Shown here: positions 1-12,295 of the stretch, one piece after another | Layout of the letters: each line of letters opens with the position of its first letter | Position numbering within the stretch: the first letter of the stretch is position 1 | NCBI RefSeq assembly: GCF_006345805.1 | Contig: NC_043001.1 | Coordinates: 46,996,001 to 47,060,000 of the forward strand | Reading direction: 5' to 3' | Length of the DNA stretch: 64,000 nt | Source of the DNA: Octopus sinensis | Lineage: Eukaryota | Made by a program: the position numbers and the translations under genes | Notes under the pieces: model-generated | What the model was told of the DNA's origin: nothing | What the model saw: only the letters and a program-made list of their open reading frames with translations | Database searches by the model: none

Positions 1-59
1 GTCCATCTGCTCCCCAACCATTTTTGATGGTATAGAGTATAGTTTTATGGAAGTGTACT

Positions 60-900
60 GAATATATTTTATGTGATATGTGTACTAATGCTGTTACCTT
101 GTATCCTGCAAAACAAAAGGAGGGTTCTTATTGTTCTACATTGTCTCCATTTGTACTAAGCAATTTCACTAAAGGAATGGGTACAAGACGATTGCGAAAG
201 AACTAGAATGAAAGAGAGAAAAGGAGAAGAGTATGATGGTCTATTTAGGAAATAGAAAAGGGGCAATGAAAGAGGTAGTACTAGTATTTGTAAAATGTAA
301 TGAAACAGTAATTGTAGGGGGTAATGGAAGAGAATGAGTGATGGAGAGCTGTAAAATGATTAGTTGTAAGAGTGTTGTAAAAGTTGAGTGACCTGAAGGA
401 GAGAAAGTGGAAACAAGCAGTATAACATTAGCTGGTAAAGAGAACATGCATAATGAATTGTTTAGATGGCAACTCTAAGAGACTAAGGGAGGGTGCGTGA
501 AGTGGGGTGTATCAGATACGATGTAATTTCTCTCTAACAAGTCATTGGGATCAGGAAGAGACATAGGAGGGAAAGAGATACCAACAGATCTGATGCAATC
601 TCTTGATAGCTAACAATCATGATGAGATGGAGGCATTAGATGCTTGTGATAGAGTGATAAATAGTGAGAAATGAATGATGTACTAAATGTTAGTAGGAGA
701 GATAGTATGTGTTTTGGTGTGATGAGTGTTAGTGAAACCAGGGTAATGTTACCTGGTAAGAGAATGATGAGTGCCAATAAAGTGGTTTGAAGGAGAAAGA
801 GTGTTGGCTAGTAAGGGGTGTATTGGTTATTAATAGGTCTGAAGCAATCTCTTATTACTCAAGCAATATGATGAGAGGAAGAAATGACAAAAGAGAACTA
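60..900 (-). mobile_element. Decayed Penelope-like element (PLE), RT region
   Basis: Broken minus-strand frames resemble the PLE RT C-terminal half (LHFTNTSTTSFIAPFL; SCTHSFSEIAxYKWRQCR, like SHPxSCKxSIPFSQFLRLRRIC). Many stops. Confidence 0.45.
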
Positions 901-1739
901 GTTGGTGGCAGAAATAAGGATTTAGTATAAACAGCTCTAGTGTTTCTCTCATTCCATGGATATTTCGATTGGAGCTTCCAGCTGTATGAAAATTTCCTGA
1001 TGCACCCCACTTGTCAGAAAACAGCTTCAGGAGTTGTGAATAATGAATTTGTGTGTAGTCTGTTTCTGAGAGCTATTCTATTGGACCTCTGTCTAATCAT
1101 TGAAACATTGATTTAATTATGAACATAGAAAGAAATTATACATTAATCCCTATTTTTGTAAGCAATTATATCCCTAAAAATTTTATTTGCAGAGAGCAAA
1201 AATTGAAAGAAGATATATGAAATGGACATGTGTGTGTGTGCATGCATGCTTGCATGTGTGTATGTGGGAGAGAAAGAGGGTGAGAAAGAAAGATTAAGAT
1301 TATTAACCCCACAAAGAGGTAAAAGAAGATAGACAATATAGCGAAAGGTTTGGCTGAATGTCATCCTGTACTCCCCTTCTTGCTAGCGAAATGGTATATG
1401 CCAGCTGTGTGAGAAACTGGTTGTTTTAATGGTGGAACAAACAGGGGAATTCCATTAGAAAAGGTTTTAATCGATTTTCTCAGTAACTATGGGGGCTAAG
1501 AAAAAAATACAAACCGCATTCCAATCTATGCAACCGTCTCCACATGTGTGCCATTTTTCACGCGAATCCACCCAGCTGTTTGGCTATGAACCTCAAGACA
1601 AGAAAGAATACAACAATCACCCATGTCCAATTTATATTATAGATATATACACACACACACACATATATATATATCGGACAGTGCATGTACACACACATAT
1701 TTATATTATACATCTTTTTGCATGCGCAGAAATCTATAA

Positions 1740-2330
1740 TGTACTATGCATAGCACATATTTGCCTTTCTGATATTGTTCACTTTATATTGTATTCTTTG
1801 TCACTGCCTGTTAAACTGCAGATATAACTTGATATGACATTTTGGTATTTCTGAATATAGCAATGTGGTTGGTTTTAGCTCCTTCAATGTGTCTGTCATT
1901 CCAGCTACCATTTGTGGACCTACCTCCAAGTTTTGGAGTGTCCACATAAGTTTTGGAGGTAGGACCTGTGGTAGGTGTTTCTGCTCTCTGTATCACTGTT
2001 TATGCATTGCATGACTAATGTAACGAGCTTATTGCTTGGTTTTTGAAGTTTCATGGGGCCTCAGTGTTGGTTGTCTGGGTTCTTGATAGGTAGTTTTTCC
2101 TTTTGTAAGTTGAGCTATAACCAGTTTTAATGCTATGTTGAATAATTTTCCATGTCTCTGGTTTATGGGGAAATGTCTATCTATTAGTGCTAAAAAGTTG
2201 AGAATTAGGGGTAAAAAATATATTCTTGTGTCTATTTCTGTTCTTGTAGTGTTGTAATTTACTCTTTTGAAATAGCTGGCTTTTTTTATAATAAGGTTCA
2301 ACTTTATTGAATATATTTTCATCTATCCTT
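1740..2330 (-). mobile_element. Penelope-like fragment, RT/GIY-YIG junction
   Basis: FLALIDRHFPINQRHGKLFN (PLE FLxLxDKHFPxxHxLHKIFN), then VIQRAE..KTYVD and SSYICSLTGSDKEYNIK*TI (degenerate GIY-YIG C-terminus). Confidence 0.65.
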
Positions 2331-2804
2331 TCTTATCTATCTTTAACCTTACTTCTCCCTTTTTTTTTTTACTACAACTTTCTCCAACAACCACCACTTC
2401 ACTACTATGAGATTTCTACCTTTCTCACCTTTACATCCCCAGAGTGCACTTAGCTTTGCAAATGTGTGATGTGTTTATATATGTTTGTGCATATATAGAA
2501 GTCTATGTATTTGTAGACACATGAGATTTATAGATGTATGCCTATTCACACCCTTGTGTATACATGCATGCACATTGTATGCATGAATATGCAGTAATAT
2601 CCATGCAGATGTGTGGCACTGAGGGTATTCACATATACTTGTAAACATAGTGATATACAGGTGTAAGAGATATATATGTGTGGACACATTAATATATGAC
2701 AATTTTGGCTCAATATGTACCTGTGGATAAGTGGCGACTTATAAGCACTTACACAGTTTTAAACATATATTCCTTTGTATGCAGTTTAGATGAATAGAGA
2801 TACA

Positions 2805-3480
2805 CCACTAGAGACCTTGGTGTGACTGTTGATAACTTAAGTTGGAGTGTCCACATAAGCACGAAAGTCGACATGGCCCACTGGGCGTGCTTCTGGATCC
2901 TCAGGACTTTCCAGTCTAAAGATACTCCAACCATTATCCTTCTTTTTTCTACATATGCATACCTTCACCTTGAATATTGTTGTCTGCTATGGTCTCCCTA
3001 CACGAGCCAGAATATTAAAAAGCTTGAAGCACCCCAGAGAGCAATTACAAACAAAATTGATGGCATGTCTGGTCTTAATTACTGGGATTGACTAGTGAAT
3101 CTTAAACTGTATTCTCTCCAGTACCACCGAGAGCGCTTTATTATTTGTATGATGTGGAAATTTTTCCAACAGTATTACCCAAATAATATCAGTATCACTT
3201 TTAAAATCCACCCAAGGCTTGGTCCCCATGCCATGCATCCTCTACAGAAATCATGCTCTCAACACATCACAACATTAAGACAGAACTACTTCTACTCAAC
3301 TGGACCTGCTTCTTTTAACATCATTCCGAAACATAAAGGAGGAAAAAGATTTCATAACCTTCAAAAAGTTCCTGGATGAATATCTCCAACAAATTCCAGA
3401 TAAACCACCTACACGCGGGTATACTGCTGCAAACAACAACTCTTTAATCGAATGGGCAATGGTGCCTAAAAATAACTATG
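2805..3480 (+). mobile_element. 5'-truncated CR1/L2-type LINE, RT C-terminus
   Basis: DLGVTVDNLSWSVHI...HLEYCCLLWSPY...IKKLEAPQRAITNKIDGMSGLNYWD*LVNLKLYSLQYHRER matches CR1-group thumb motifs. Confidence 0.85.
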
Positions 3481-4075
3481 CAAAAATACATTACTAAATG
3501 TCTTTTCCAGATGGTACTATTAAGTTAGCTATGGCCTGGGCCAATGTGGCCGAAACCTATCTAAGTATCCATGTCTGCATATATGTATTTCCTTGTATGA
3601 AATGACAACCTCATCTTTGTGTTGTTTGTGTGTATGTGTGTGTGCGTGCAGGTAGATGCTTTCTGTATGCATATGTGATCTATACATGCAGTATATACTG
3701 GTTGTGTTATTCATACAGATGGTAAAACCCATTAGTTATATTAATGTATTAAGGTATGTAGTATAAGCGCAGAATATAACCTATAAAATAATGGGGAGAT
3801 AATTTATCACTATTTCGGATAAAGATTACGTCCCCTGAATTGAAAATATCTCCTTTTCAGTTATGACTAAAATGCTGATGCCTAAGATCAACATCTATAT
3901 TGCGCTACTGTGAAATCGCTAATACACCTTACATGTATATAAAACTAAACGCCTCAGCCTTTGATGGCTCACAGTCCAATTTTTTAAATAAAATGATGTT
4001 AATATGTTATGTACAGTAATTCTCAAAAGTTCTTGCGAATAATTTTATAACCGATAAAATTACCAGTGCTAGAGT

Positions 4076-4132
4076 TGTATGATTTTGGAAAAACCATTTA
4101 ATTGTGAAATTTGTGGGAAACTGTATGATTTT
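4076..4132 (+). other. 35-bp zinc-finger-derived insert between 11-bp direct repeats
   Basis: TGTATGATTTT at 4076-4086 and 4122-4132; 4087-4124 is 36/38 identical to 7812-7849. Confidence 0.8.
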
Positions 4133-6542
4133 TGCTTATAATTTTATCAGTTATAAAATTATTCCTAAGATCACACGTTGCAGTCTCAATAAAAGGAAGG
4201 ACATTTTGAACACACCATCATCACTGATATACAGAAAGAGAAAATGATGAGAACTGGAACCTCTTCTACCAAAGATTTGCTCTATTAGACAGAACCTGAG
4301 TCTGAACAGCAATAAGGGAACTCTGCATGCTAATCAATGACATAATTGATAGCAATAGCAGCCGAATCACCCTCAAATTATGCATCCTTCAATTTTAAAG
4401 AATTGCTGCTATACAAAAAGACAGAATGGTCGTGACTTGAAAGCCTTTTATGATAGGGTTATTTCATTGGATTTAACCTGGGACTAAAGAGTAACAACTA
4501 ATGGAACTACTAATGGAGCTGCTACAAGGTAGATTGGACTGCTAAAAATAGTAGTCAGATCTCCAACAGATCATATTCTACTACCTTGAAAATAAGGAAT
4601 GTTGTACCTGACATACACAAAAATGAATGGAAAGCTTTCAGTGTAGTTCTATGCAAGTTAAAAATAACCAACCAAATTTCCTCAAAATTATATCATCATA
4701 AAAAAGGAAGAACACTACAAAAACTAATGTCAATGCTTGGTATACAGAAAAGCAGTAGTTACTCTATACAGTGTGTCCAATCAAAACTGGATGTCTAAGA
4801 GGAATAGTGAGATCATTAGTAGGTTAACAGCAAAGGTAGCCTTTATATGTGGAAGATGCACAGGTGTTCTGATGAAAAACACCCAGGAAGTTGATTGTCT
4901 CAACTGCTCAGATGAGTCCTTAGTAGTTAGCAGTCAATATCTTTTGTTATGTAGGTGACCTTATTTGTGACAGAGGTGTGTGCTTTGAAAGCATTGTAGC
5001 CAAACTAAGTTGTCATCATCATCTTTTAACGTCCGTTTTTCATGCTGGCATGATTTAGAGAGTTTGACAGGAGCTAGCAAGCCAGAGGACTACACCAAGC
5101 TTTACTGTCTATTTTGGTAGCGTTTTTATAACTGGATGCTCTCTCTAATGCTGAAAAATGTCGAAGAGGATATTACTCTTGACAACATTAGACTCTTCAA
5201 TTCAACTAACCCTATCACTTATCCTTGTCATTTCTCACTAGCCCCTGACACTGCTCTTTCCCTTCCATTACTCCCCTAACATTATTGTCTCTATTATTCT
5301 CTTCACTACCACCCTCATACAATAAATCTGTTCTTCCCATCATACTTTAACTTCCATCAACAACTTACCTAAAGTTATCACTCTCTCTCTTTTTTATTCA
5401 CCTTTCAGTCATAGAGACTCTTTAGTTTTGAGAGTTACAAAGCAACCCCATGAAGTGGTTGGTGTTATGAAGGGCATCTAGCCTTAAAAAGTAGGCCAAA
5501 ACTGAAACATTGGAGCAAACTGTTTGACTTATGACAACATGGAAAATAAGCCTAAAACAGTAATGATGATGATAAAGAGTTGACCATTTCAGCAGATGAA
5601 ATAAGTACAGTGGTAATAAGTACAGTGCTTTTTACTAATTACTTTAGGTGTCTACATAGTTGTGAGCAGACATAGACATCCTGTTGAATCTCCCACTTTT
5701 TGACCCAGTGGCACAGCTGGAGAGAGAAAACTGCACTAATACTCAGCTGGTACTCATTTTCAGCTTAGACTAGATCAACATGAAATGCCTTGCTCAAGGA
5801 TGCAATGCACTGCCCTGTCCAAGAACTAAACTCATGACATTATGATTGTGAGCCAAACATATGAACTCTTAGTGTCAGGAGGCGAATGAATTTGGTGTAC
5901 AAATAACCCAATCTTCAAAAGTTCCTTTTTACTAAAGCATTTTCATTCTGTTGAAGATTTCTTTATTTGATGAGAAGTTGATTATCTTTGTACTAATATT
6001 TCTAAGTTGTTGAGGATATTTGAAGGATTTTAGAAGCTCAGTTTGAGTACTTCAGTATGTTTGTTAAAAGGTTTTTTAAGTTTTCATATCTAAATTGAGT
6101 CTGATGTTTCAAGAAGTTAACCATCTTACAGTTGGTACTTACAGTTATTTTGAGTCCTAGCTGGTCAAAGGTACTTATCAGTTCTTCCTTAAAACCATCT
6201 AGCTGCTTCTAGACATGTTGTGTATCCCTATGTTGTAGTTACTAAATTTACCCTTTAAATTTAATAACTGCTATGTTTATTTAGATCAGCTGTTAATAGT
6301 GCACACTATAGTTTGGCAGTTTTGTTGATTTCAATGTATGGAGATCAGTGGATTAAGAATATCTTAATTGCAAAACAAATAGGTGTTGGTCATAGGAAGG
6401 GTATCCAGCCACAGGAAACTACCTCAATAAATTTTGTCTACTCCTTGCCAGCATGGAAAAAATGAACGTAACAATGATAATGATGAGTATCTTTCTTTTC
6501 ATCTTTTGGGGTAGTTACAAGATCACTATTTCAGTAATTTCA

Positions 6543-6742
6543 CTAACCCTTTAGCATTTAAATCAGCCATATCCTGCCCAAATGTTCTACCTGTTTATTT
6601 TTCATACCAACCTAACCCACAATATCGTTCTAAAATTACACAATGAAATCTCAAAGCTATGAGATAATGCATGATTAATTCAAAACAATATGAATAAATA
6701 AGCATTACATTTGACAGAGTAGTCTGTATGCTAAAAGGTTGA
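6543..6742. mobile_element. MITE with piggyBac-like termini
   Basis: Imperfect terminal inverted repeats TAACCCTTTAGCAT (6544) and ATGCTAAAAGGTTGA (6728), resembling decayed TTAA-CCC...GGG-TTAA ends. Confidence 0.55.
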
Positions 6743-7059
6743 ATAACATGAATCCCAAAACACTTGTTGAAAGTTTTACTAAAATTTGATATCTTAATCT
6801 ATTTTAGGAATTCTTCTCGTACATTAATGAAATATTGAGACTAAAGATGGCATCTGTCCTGAGATTTTGGAAGTTTACTTAGTGGATAAATGGAATGTAC
6901 CAATAATGATGGCCTCTGTTTATAATCAGCTGAATAAACCATCAGATGATAATTTGTGTGACTCATTTACTGAAGATTTCATTTAAAATTAAGACTCACC
7001 ATATTTAATCAAGCAATTTGATTTTGTCAGTGTTTTGTAGTTCCTATTGTGGTATAAAC

Positions 7060-8832
7060 ATGGAGAAGATATATCCTTGTCAAATTTGTGGCAAAATATT
7101 TCCTAGATATATTGAATCATCTGAAGAAAACTTCTCAGATATTAAAGAAGAAATAAAGCTATTTTGTGATAACTGTTGGGATTCAAATTCCCACAACAAC
7201 AATTCATTGAAACACTCAGAAACAGCTAACGAAAATGAAATTAATCATAATACATATTCTTGTAAAGTTCTTGATACCAAACTCTTAAATGGTAAACAAT
7301 CTAACATAGATAATGTATATAAATGTGAAGTTTGTAACAAATTCTTTGTTCAAAGTAGTCATTTAATTAAACATAAAGAGACACACTCAAAAGAAAGACC
7401 TTATGGTTGTGAAATTTGCGGTCAACATTTCACTCAAAAAAGTATCCTGTTTCAACATAAACGGACACATACTGGAGAAAAACCATATCATTGTAAAATT
7501 TGTGGAAATAAATACTCTTCCAAAAACTATCTGAATGTCCATCAACGGATACACACTGGGGAAAAGCCATTTCACTGTGAAATTTGTGGTAGAAAATTCC
7601 CCACAAATAGTTCTTTATCCACTCATATTCGAATTCACACTGGGGAGAAACCTTACCGCTGTGAAATATGCGGGAAAGTATTTTCTAGAAGCACTATCTT
7701 GGTTCAACACAAAGTAATTCACACATTGGAAAGGCGATATCACTGTGAAATTTGCGGTAGGAATTTCTCTCGAAATAGTGATTTGTATTACCACAAGCGG
7801 AAACATACAGGGGAAAAACCGTTTAATTGTGAAATCTGTGGGAAACTGTTTGTTCAAAAAAAGGAGTTAACTTCCCACAAACGTACACACACTGGAGAAA
7901 GACCGTACAAATGTGGAATCTGTGGTAAAACATTCTCTCAGAGCAGCCATCTATCTGGTCATAAACGAGTTCATACTGGTGAAAAGCCTTTTACTTGTCA
8001 AATATGTGGTAGATCATTCTCACGAAATAGTCATTTATCTATACACAAGCAATTACACACAGGAGAAAAACCTCATCGTTGTGACATTTGTGGTAAATCA
8101 TTTTCTATAAAGAGTTATCTGTCTTTTCATAAACAGATTCATACTGGAGAAAAGCCATTCCGCTGTGAGACCTGTGGTAAAACTTTCGCACGAAATAACC
8201 ATTTGTTAAGTCATAAATGGGTACACTCGGAAAAGAAACCTTATGGTTGTGATACTTGTGGTAAAGCATTCCAGGTAAAGAGTTCTTTACGTAACCACAA
8301 GAGGATTCATACTGGGGAAAAACCATACCATTGTGAGATTTGTGGTGAGGCCTTTACCCAGAGTAATATTTTAGCTAGTCATAGACGAACACACACAGGG
8401 GAGAAACCCTATCACTGTGAAATCTGCGGTAAAATGTTTTCCCAGACCAGTATGTTATCTACCCACAGACGAATTCATACAGGAGAGAAACCTTACAGCT
8501 GTGATATTTGTGGTAGAACATTCTCTGTAAAAAGTACTTTATTAAGTCACAAGCGAATCCATACTGGGGAGAGGCCATACCGTTGTAATATTTGTGGTAA
8601 ACAATTTGCCCAAAATAGTCATTTAACCAGTCATAAATGGACACATGCTGAAAAAAAGCCTTTTAGTTGTGATATTTGTGGCAAATCATTTCTACGGAAT
8701 GGTGATTTACCTAGGCATAGGCGTATTCATACAGGAGAGAAACCGTTCAGCTGTGAAATTTGTGGCAAATCATTCACCCGTAACAGCCATTTATCAAGCC
8801 ATAAGAAAGTACACGTTAAAAATTTGTTTTAG
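7060..8832 (+). CDS. C2H2 (Kruppel-type) zinc-finger protein, 590 aa, 18 tandem fingers
   Basis: Intact ORF with first ATG at 7060 (the track's 7018 start is TTG). 18 CxxC-x12-HxxxH fingers, mostly TGEKP linkers. Candidate splice acceptor TATTTTAG ending 6807; AATAAA near 9375 and 9412-9421. Confidence 0.95.
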   Translation: MEKIYPCQICGKIFPRYIESSEENFSDIKEEIKLFCDNCWDSNSHNNNSLKHSETANENEINHNTYSCKVLDTKLLNGKQSNIDNVYKCEVCNKFFVQSSHLIKHKETHSKERPYGCEICGQHFTQKSILFQHKRTHTGEKPYHCKICGNKYSSKNYLNVHQRIHTGEKPFHCEICGRKFPTNSSLSTHIRIHTGEKPYRCEICGKVFSRSTILVQHKVIHTLERRYHCEICGRNFSRNSDLYYHKRKHTGEKPFNCEICGKLFVQKKELTSHKRTHTGERPYKCGICGKTFSQSSHLSGHKRVHTGEKPFTCQICGRSFSRNSHLSIHKQLHTGEKPHRCDICGKSFSIKSYLSFHKQIHTGEKPFRCETCGKTFARNNHLLSHKWVHSEKKPYGCDTCGKAFQVKSSLRNHKRIHTGEKPYHCEICGEAFTQSNILASHRRTHTGEKPYHCEICGKMFSQTSMLSTHRRIHTGEKPYSCDICGRTFSVKSTLLSHKRIHTGERPYRCNICGKQFAQNSHLTSHKWTHAEKKPFSCDICGKSFLRNGDLPRHRRIHTGEKPFSCEICGKSFTRNSHLSSHKKVHVKNLF

Positions 8833-9307
8833 AGTGACAAAGTAGTGTTTCTTTTTATATCAAAGCCTTATTCTGCCAAGCACAATTGTTGAGGAATTTA
8901 CTATTTGTATATCATTTAATATCAAAGATCTTTCAAACGTAGTGCCTTACTACAATTTCAGTGATTATCAAACTAAAAGTTTGTGATTGAACAGCCCTGG
9001 CCTATTCTGATTTAGCAGAGGTATGTCATAAAGGTAGTTGGTTGAACATCTTCATGTGACCTATAAATCTTATACTCCAGACATCCATGGTTTTGTTTTG
9101 TATAGAACTGTGCACATTCAGCATGTTCATCTCTGTGGTCAGTATTGAATCTTCTAAAATCTGACAAGCATTCCAGCCATGGTCATCTCATATTAAGACA
9201 CTGTTACCATTGGTATCATCAACTACTACATGTATTAATGTGAGACCAGATGATGTAAATTATACCCATAAAAAAAATACAACGATCAATTTGGTCATTG
9301 AGTTTCT

Positions 9308-9422
9308 TGTTTTGTGATAAAATTTTCTAAATTTCTTATAAATTAAAATTTTGTGATAAAATTGTTTTTTTATAAATAAAAACTTTGTGATAAAATTTTC
9401 TCAATTTTTTAAATAAATAAAA
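9308..9422. repeat. Three degenerate ~38-bp AT-rich tandem units overlapping candidate polyA signals
   Basis: TTTGTGATAAAATT occurs three times at similar spacing. Confidence 0.7.
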
Positions 9423-9585
9423 TCATGAAGCCCTCAACCAATGCATTTTATATTTAACTCTTGAATTATTTAAAAAAAGGTGTTCTTTAAAACATCTTTA
9501 TTGTCTTGAATGTTTCTTTAAAATGTTTTACATTAAATATCTTACATAAATGTCTTCCAAACTAAACCAGGTATAAAATTATGAT

Positions 9586-9730
9586 CTGGCAGAATCATTA
9601 GACAAATGCTTAGCGGCATTTTGTCTGTCTCTATGATCTTAGTTCAAATTCCGCTGAGGTTGACTTTGCCTTTCATTTTTTTGGAGTTGAGCACTGGGGT
9701 TGATGTACTCGAATTACCCACTCCCCTGAA
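9586..9730 (+). mobile_element. SINE-like family B
   Basis: AGTTCAAATTCCGCTGAGGTTGACTTTGCCTTTCAT core, homologous to 15226-15380 and 40586-40800. Confidence 0.7.
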
Positions 9731-10069
9731 GTTTTAAATATTAAAACAAGTATGAGATGGAAGTAATGCCTAAAAAATAAAAGGTGTGCCTTGTGTAAAG
9801 AGTACAATACTATTTGTAACAATATTTATCAATAGTCTTCAATCAGTTACTTATTTTCAAATTCTTTCCTTTCTGTTGTACATTTTTTACTTTCTTCTCT
9901 CTGTTCTGTCATCACTCAATCTTGTATACCATCTTCCACATAAGTTGATTTGCATATAACCAGTTTTTTTTCCCTTCTTGTCTTTACTATTGTATCTTCT
10001 AGATCTCATTCTAATCTTTCTTAGAATATTCCTCTGTAACTCTGTACATTTTCTGACCTTAGCTCTTTT

Positions 10070-10446
10070 ACTTGTTTCAGTCATTTGACTGTGGCCATGC
10101 TGGAGCACCGCCTTTAGTCAAGCAAATCGATCCCAGGACTTATTCTTTGTAAGCCTAGTACTTATTCTATTGGTTTCTTTTGCTGAACTGCTAAGTTATG
10201 GAGACATAAACACACCAGCATCTGTTGTCAAGCGATGTTGGTGGGGCAAACAGACACACAAACACACACATATATATATATACATATATACGACGGGCTT
10301 CTTTCAGTTTCCGTCTACCAAATCCACTCAAGGCTTTGGTCAGCCCGAGTCTATAGTAGAAAGCACTTTCCCAAGGTGCCATGCAGTGGGAGTGAACCCA
10401 GAACCATGTGGTTGGTAAGCAAGCTACTTATCACACAGCCACTCCT
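10070..10446 (-). mobile_element. tRNA-head SINE family A, complete (head + internal microsatellite + body)
   Basis: A-box-like TGGCTGTGT and B-box-like GGTTCACTCCC on minus strand; near-identical layout to 55353-55688. Confidence 0.85.
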
Positions 10447-10775
10447 ACACCTAGTGAAAACTAAATTTTCCCAACCCTCATCCTTGTCTTGAAAAGCCAT
10501 GGGCAATGACTTTCCTCATCTGATTTAATACTTAATGAAACAAGTCTGAACATAGAATATAGAGGGTCGTAAGATGACAGTATAAGTCATTAACCATCTT
10601 TTTTGTAATCTCTAATTTCTGTATTTTTTGATTTATTAAATATTAATACTAAGTGAGATGTGAATAATGTTGAGACATTAGTTCTTATAGAAGTACACTG
10701 CTGTTTATGAATGTCAGTACTCCATGAAATACGAATATCTTAAAACAGTTCTTTGTTAAGAAATCATTTCTAACA

Positions 10776-11000
10776 TCATCATCATTTAACGTCCGTTTTC
10801 CATGTTGGCATGGGTTGGACAGTTTAACAGGAGCTGGCTAGCTGAAGAGCTGCTCAGGTTCCATGTCTGTTTTGGCATGGTTTCTATGGTTGGTTGGATA
10901 CCCTTCCTAATGCCAATCACTTTACAGAGTGTACTGGGCACTTTTATGCAGCACCTGCACAGGTGCAGTTTTGTGGCACCAGGACCCACGAGCCTGCAAA
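10776..11000 (-). mobile_element. RTE family A 3' tail fragment
   Basis: (CAT)n-TTTAACGTCCGTTTTCCATG..GCATGGGTTGGAC, the same terminus as the RTE copy at 35310; older copies at ~5011 and ~6370. Confidence 0.8.
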
Positions 11001-11181
11001 ATTACGAATGCTCAACCGGAGAGGGATGCAGGGGACAAACCTGTATGCAAGAACAACCAAGCCTTTTTTTGAGGATTTTTTACTGAACCATTAAGTACGT
11101 TAATTATTTTTGTCATCCCAAGATTTATCGTTTTCACTAGATTCAAAGAATTTGATAGGTGGCTATTCTGTTTTAAGTCTT

Positions 11182-11360
11182 TTAAAGATAATTTTGGTGT
11201 TTTTTATTTATTCTATGTGACTCAACGAAATGATTTTTATCACATTTGACATCAATGACACACAGTCTGCAATATAACTGGTTATTGTGAGTCAATACAA
11301 ATTCCTTTGAGAATTGTTTTGTAAATTCAGGGACTTTTGGTTTTGGTATCTGAGTTAAGA
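11182..11360 (-). mobile_element. Transposase-type N-terminal zinc-finger fragment (CGGBP1/BED-like)
   Basis: PKPKVPEFTKQFSKEF..NQLYCRLCVIDVKCDKNHFVESHRINKKH: CxxC...H..H pattern after a PK-start. Confidence 0.55.
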
Positions 11361-11731
11361 ATAAGAAAATCATAATAATCAAAATTACTTGAAACAGGAA
11401 AAAAAACAGCTCAATAAGGCAATGGCAAAAGAACTCCACAGTCAACTTCAGAAAGATCCATCAATGCAACAGCAAAAGAAAATGATTCAATTCAATTAAC
11501 CTCAGATAAAAATTTACATAAGCTGACAAATTTAAACAACACAAAAAATATATATTGAAATATTATTGAGAAACAGCTAACATACTTTACATTTATGCAT
11601 TAACTGTTGAAAAGTTTGCAAGATGCAATGAAAATTTTAGAAAAAAAAAAAGAAATCGGTGGAAATTTTACCGGTGAGTGTGTTAAATTATAAGGCACTA
11701 AAAGAGAATGACTCTCCTTATACACAACAGC

Positions 11732-11764
<33 letters not shown>

Positions 11765-12295
11765 CGAGCAACCCCCCCCCCCCCCCCCCGTTCAATGGAT
11801 GTTGCTGAGTTGTCAAACATTTAAGCCAAATTTTCTCGAAACAACTTGTCCAACTGTCCCATAGGCCTCCCTTTTGAGGTACACTGATTTAACCTAAATT
11901 TGAGACACCAGATTTTTTTCTATTCCAAAGAAAAACGATTTTATTCACACAAATATGCAACCGAAAAGTTTAAAGTACCAGTAATGATAAGGCTGTTGAT
12001 TGGGAGAACACAAACATGGTTTAAACAGTAAGCTTGGCAGGAAAGAAACGTGCCTTTAAGCAGTACAAAAACAACAAAAAATGGAAGGTGCAGTTATGTA
12101 CAGGTTGACGGAAGAAAAGCAGGACAAAAACAGCTTTATCGATCGCATTCTCACCTGGAATCGATTTTTGTAATTTTTTCAAGACTTATACATGCCCTGA
12201 TACCATCGGTATCTACATATCAAATTTGAGCGCAATCGGATGGAGGATGCCCGAGATCCGAGAAGACAGACAGACAGAACGGATTTTATATAAGA
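11765..12295 (-). mobile_element. Non-autonomous Helitron, 531 bp
   Basis: Minus strand starts A|TCTTATATAAAATCCGTT(CTGT)n and ends G-run-TTGCTCG|T; both ends sit in (TA)n. The 3' end is CTCG rather than CTAG. Confidence 0.6.

Noticed and set aside
7018-7059. ORF-track start of the ZNF at 7018
   Set aside because: The codon is TTG; the first ATG is at 7060.
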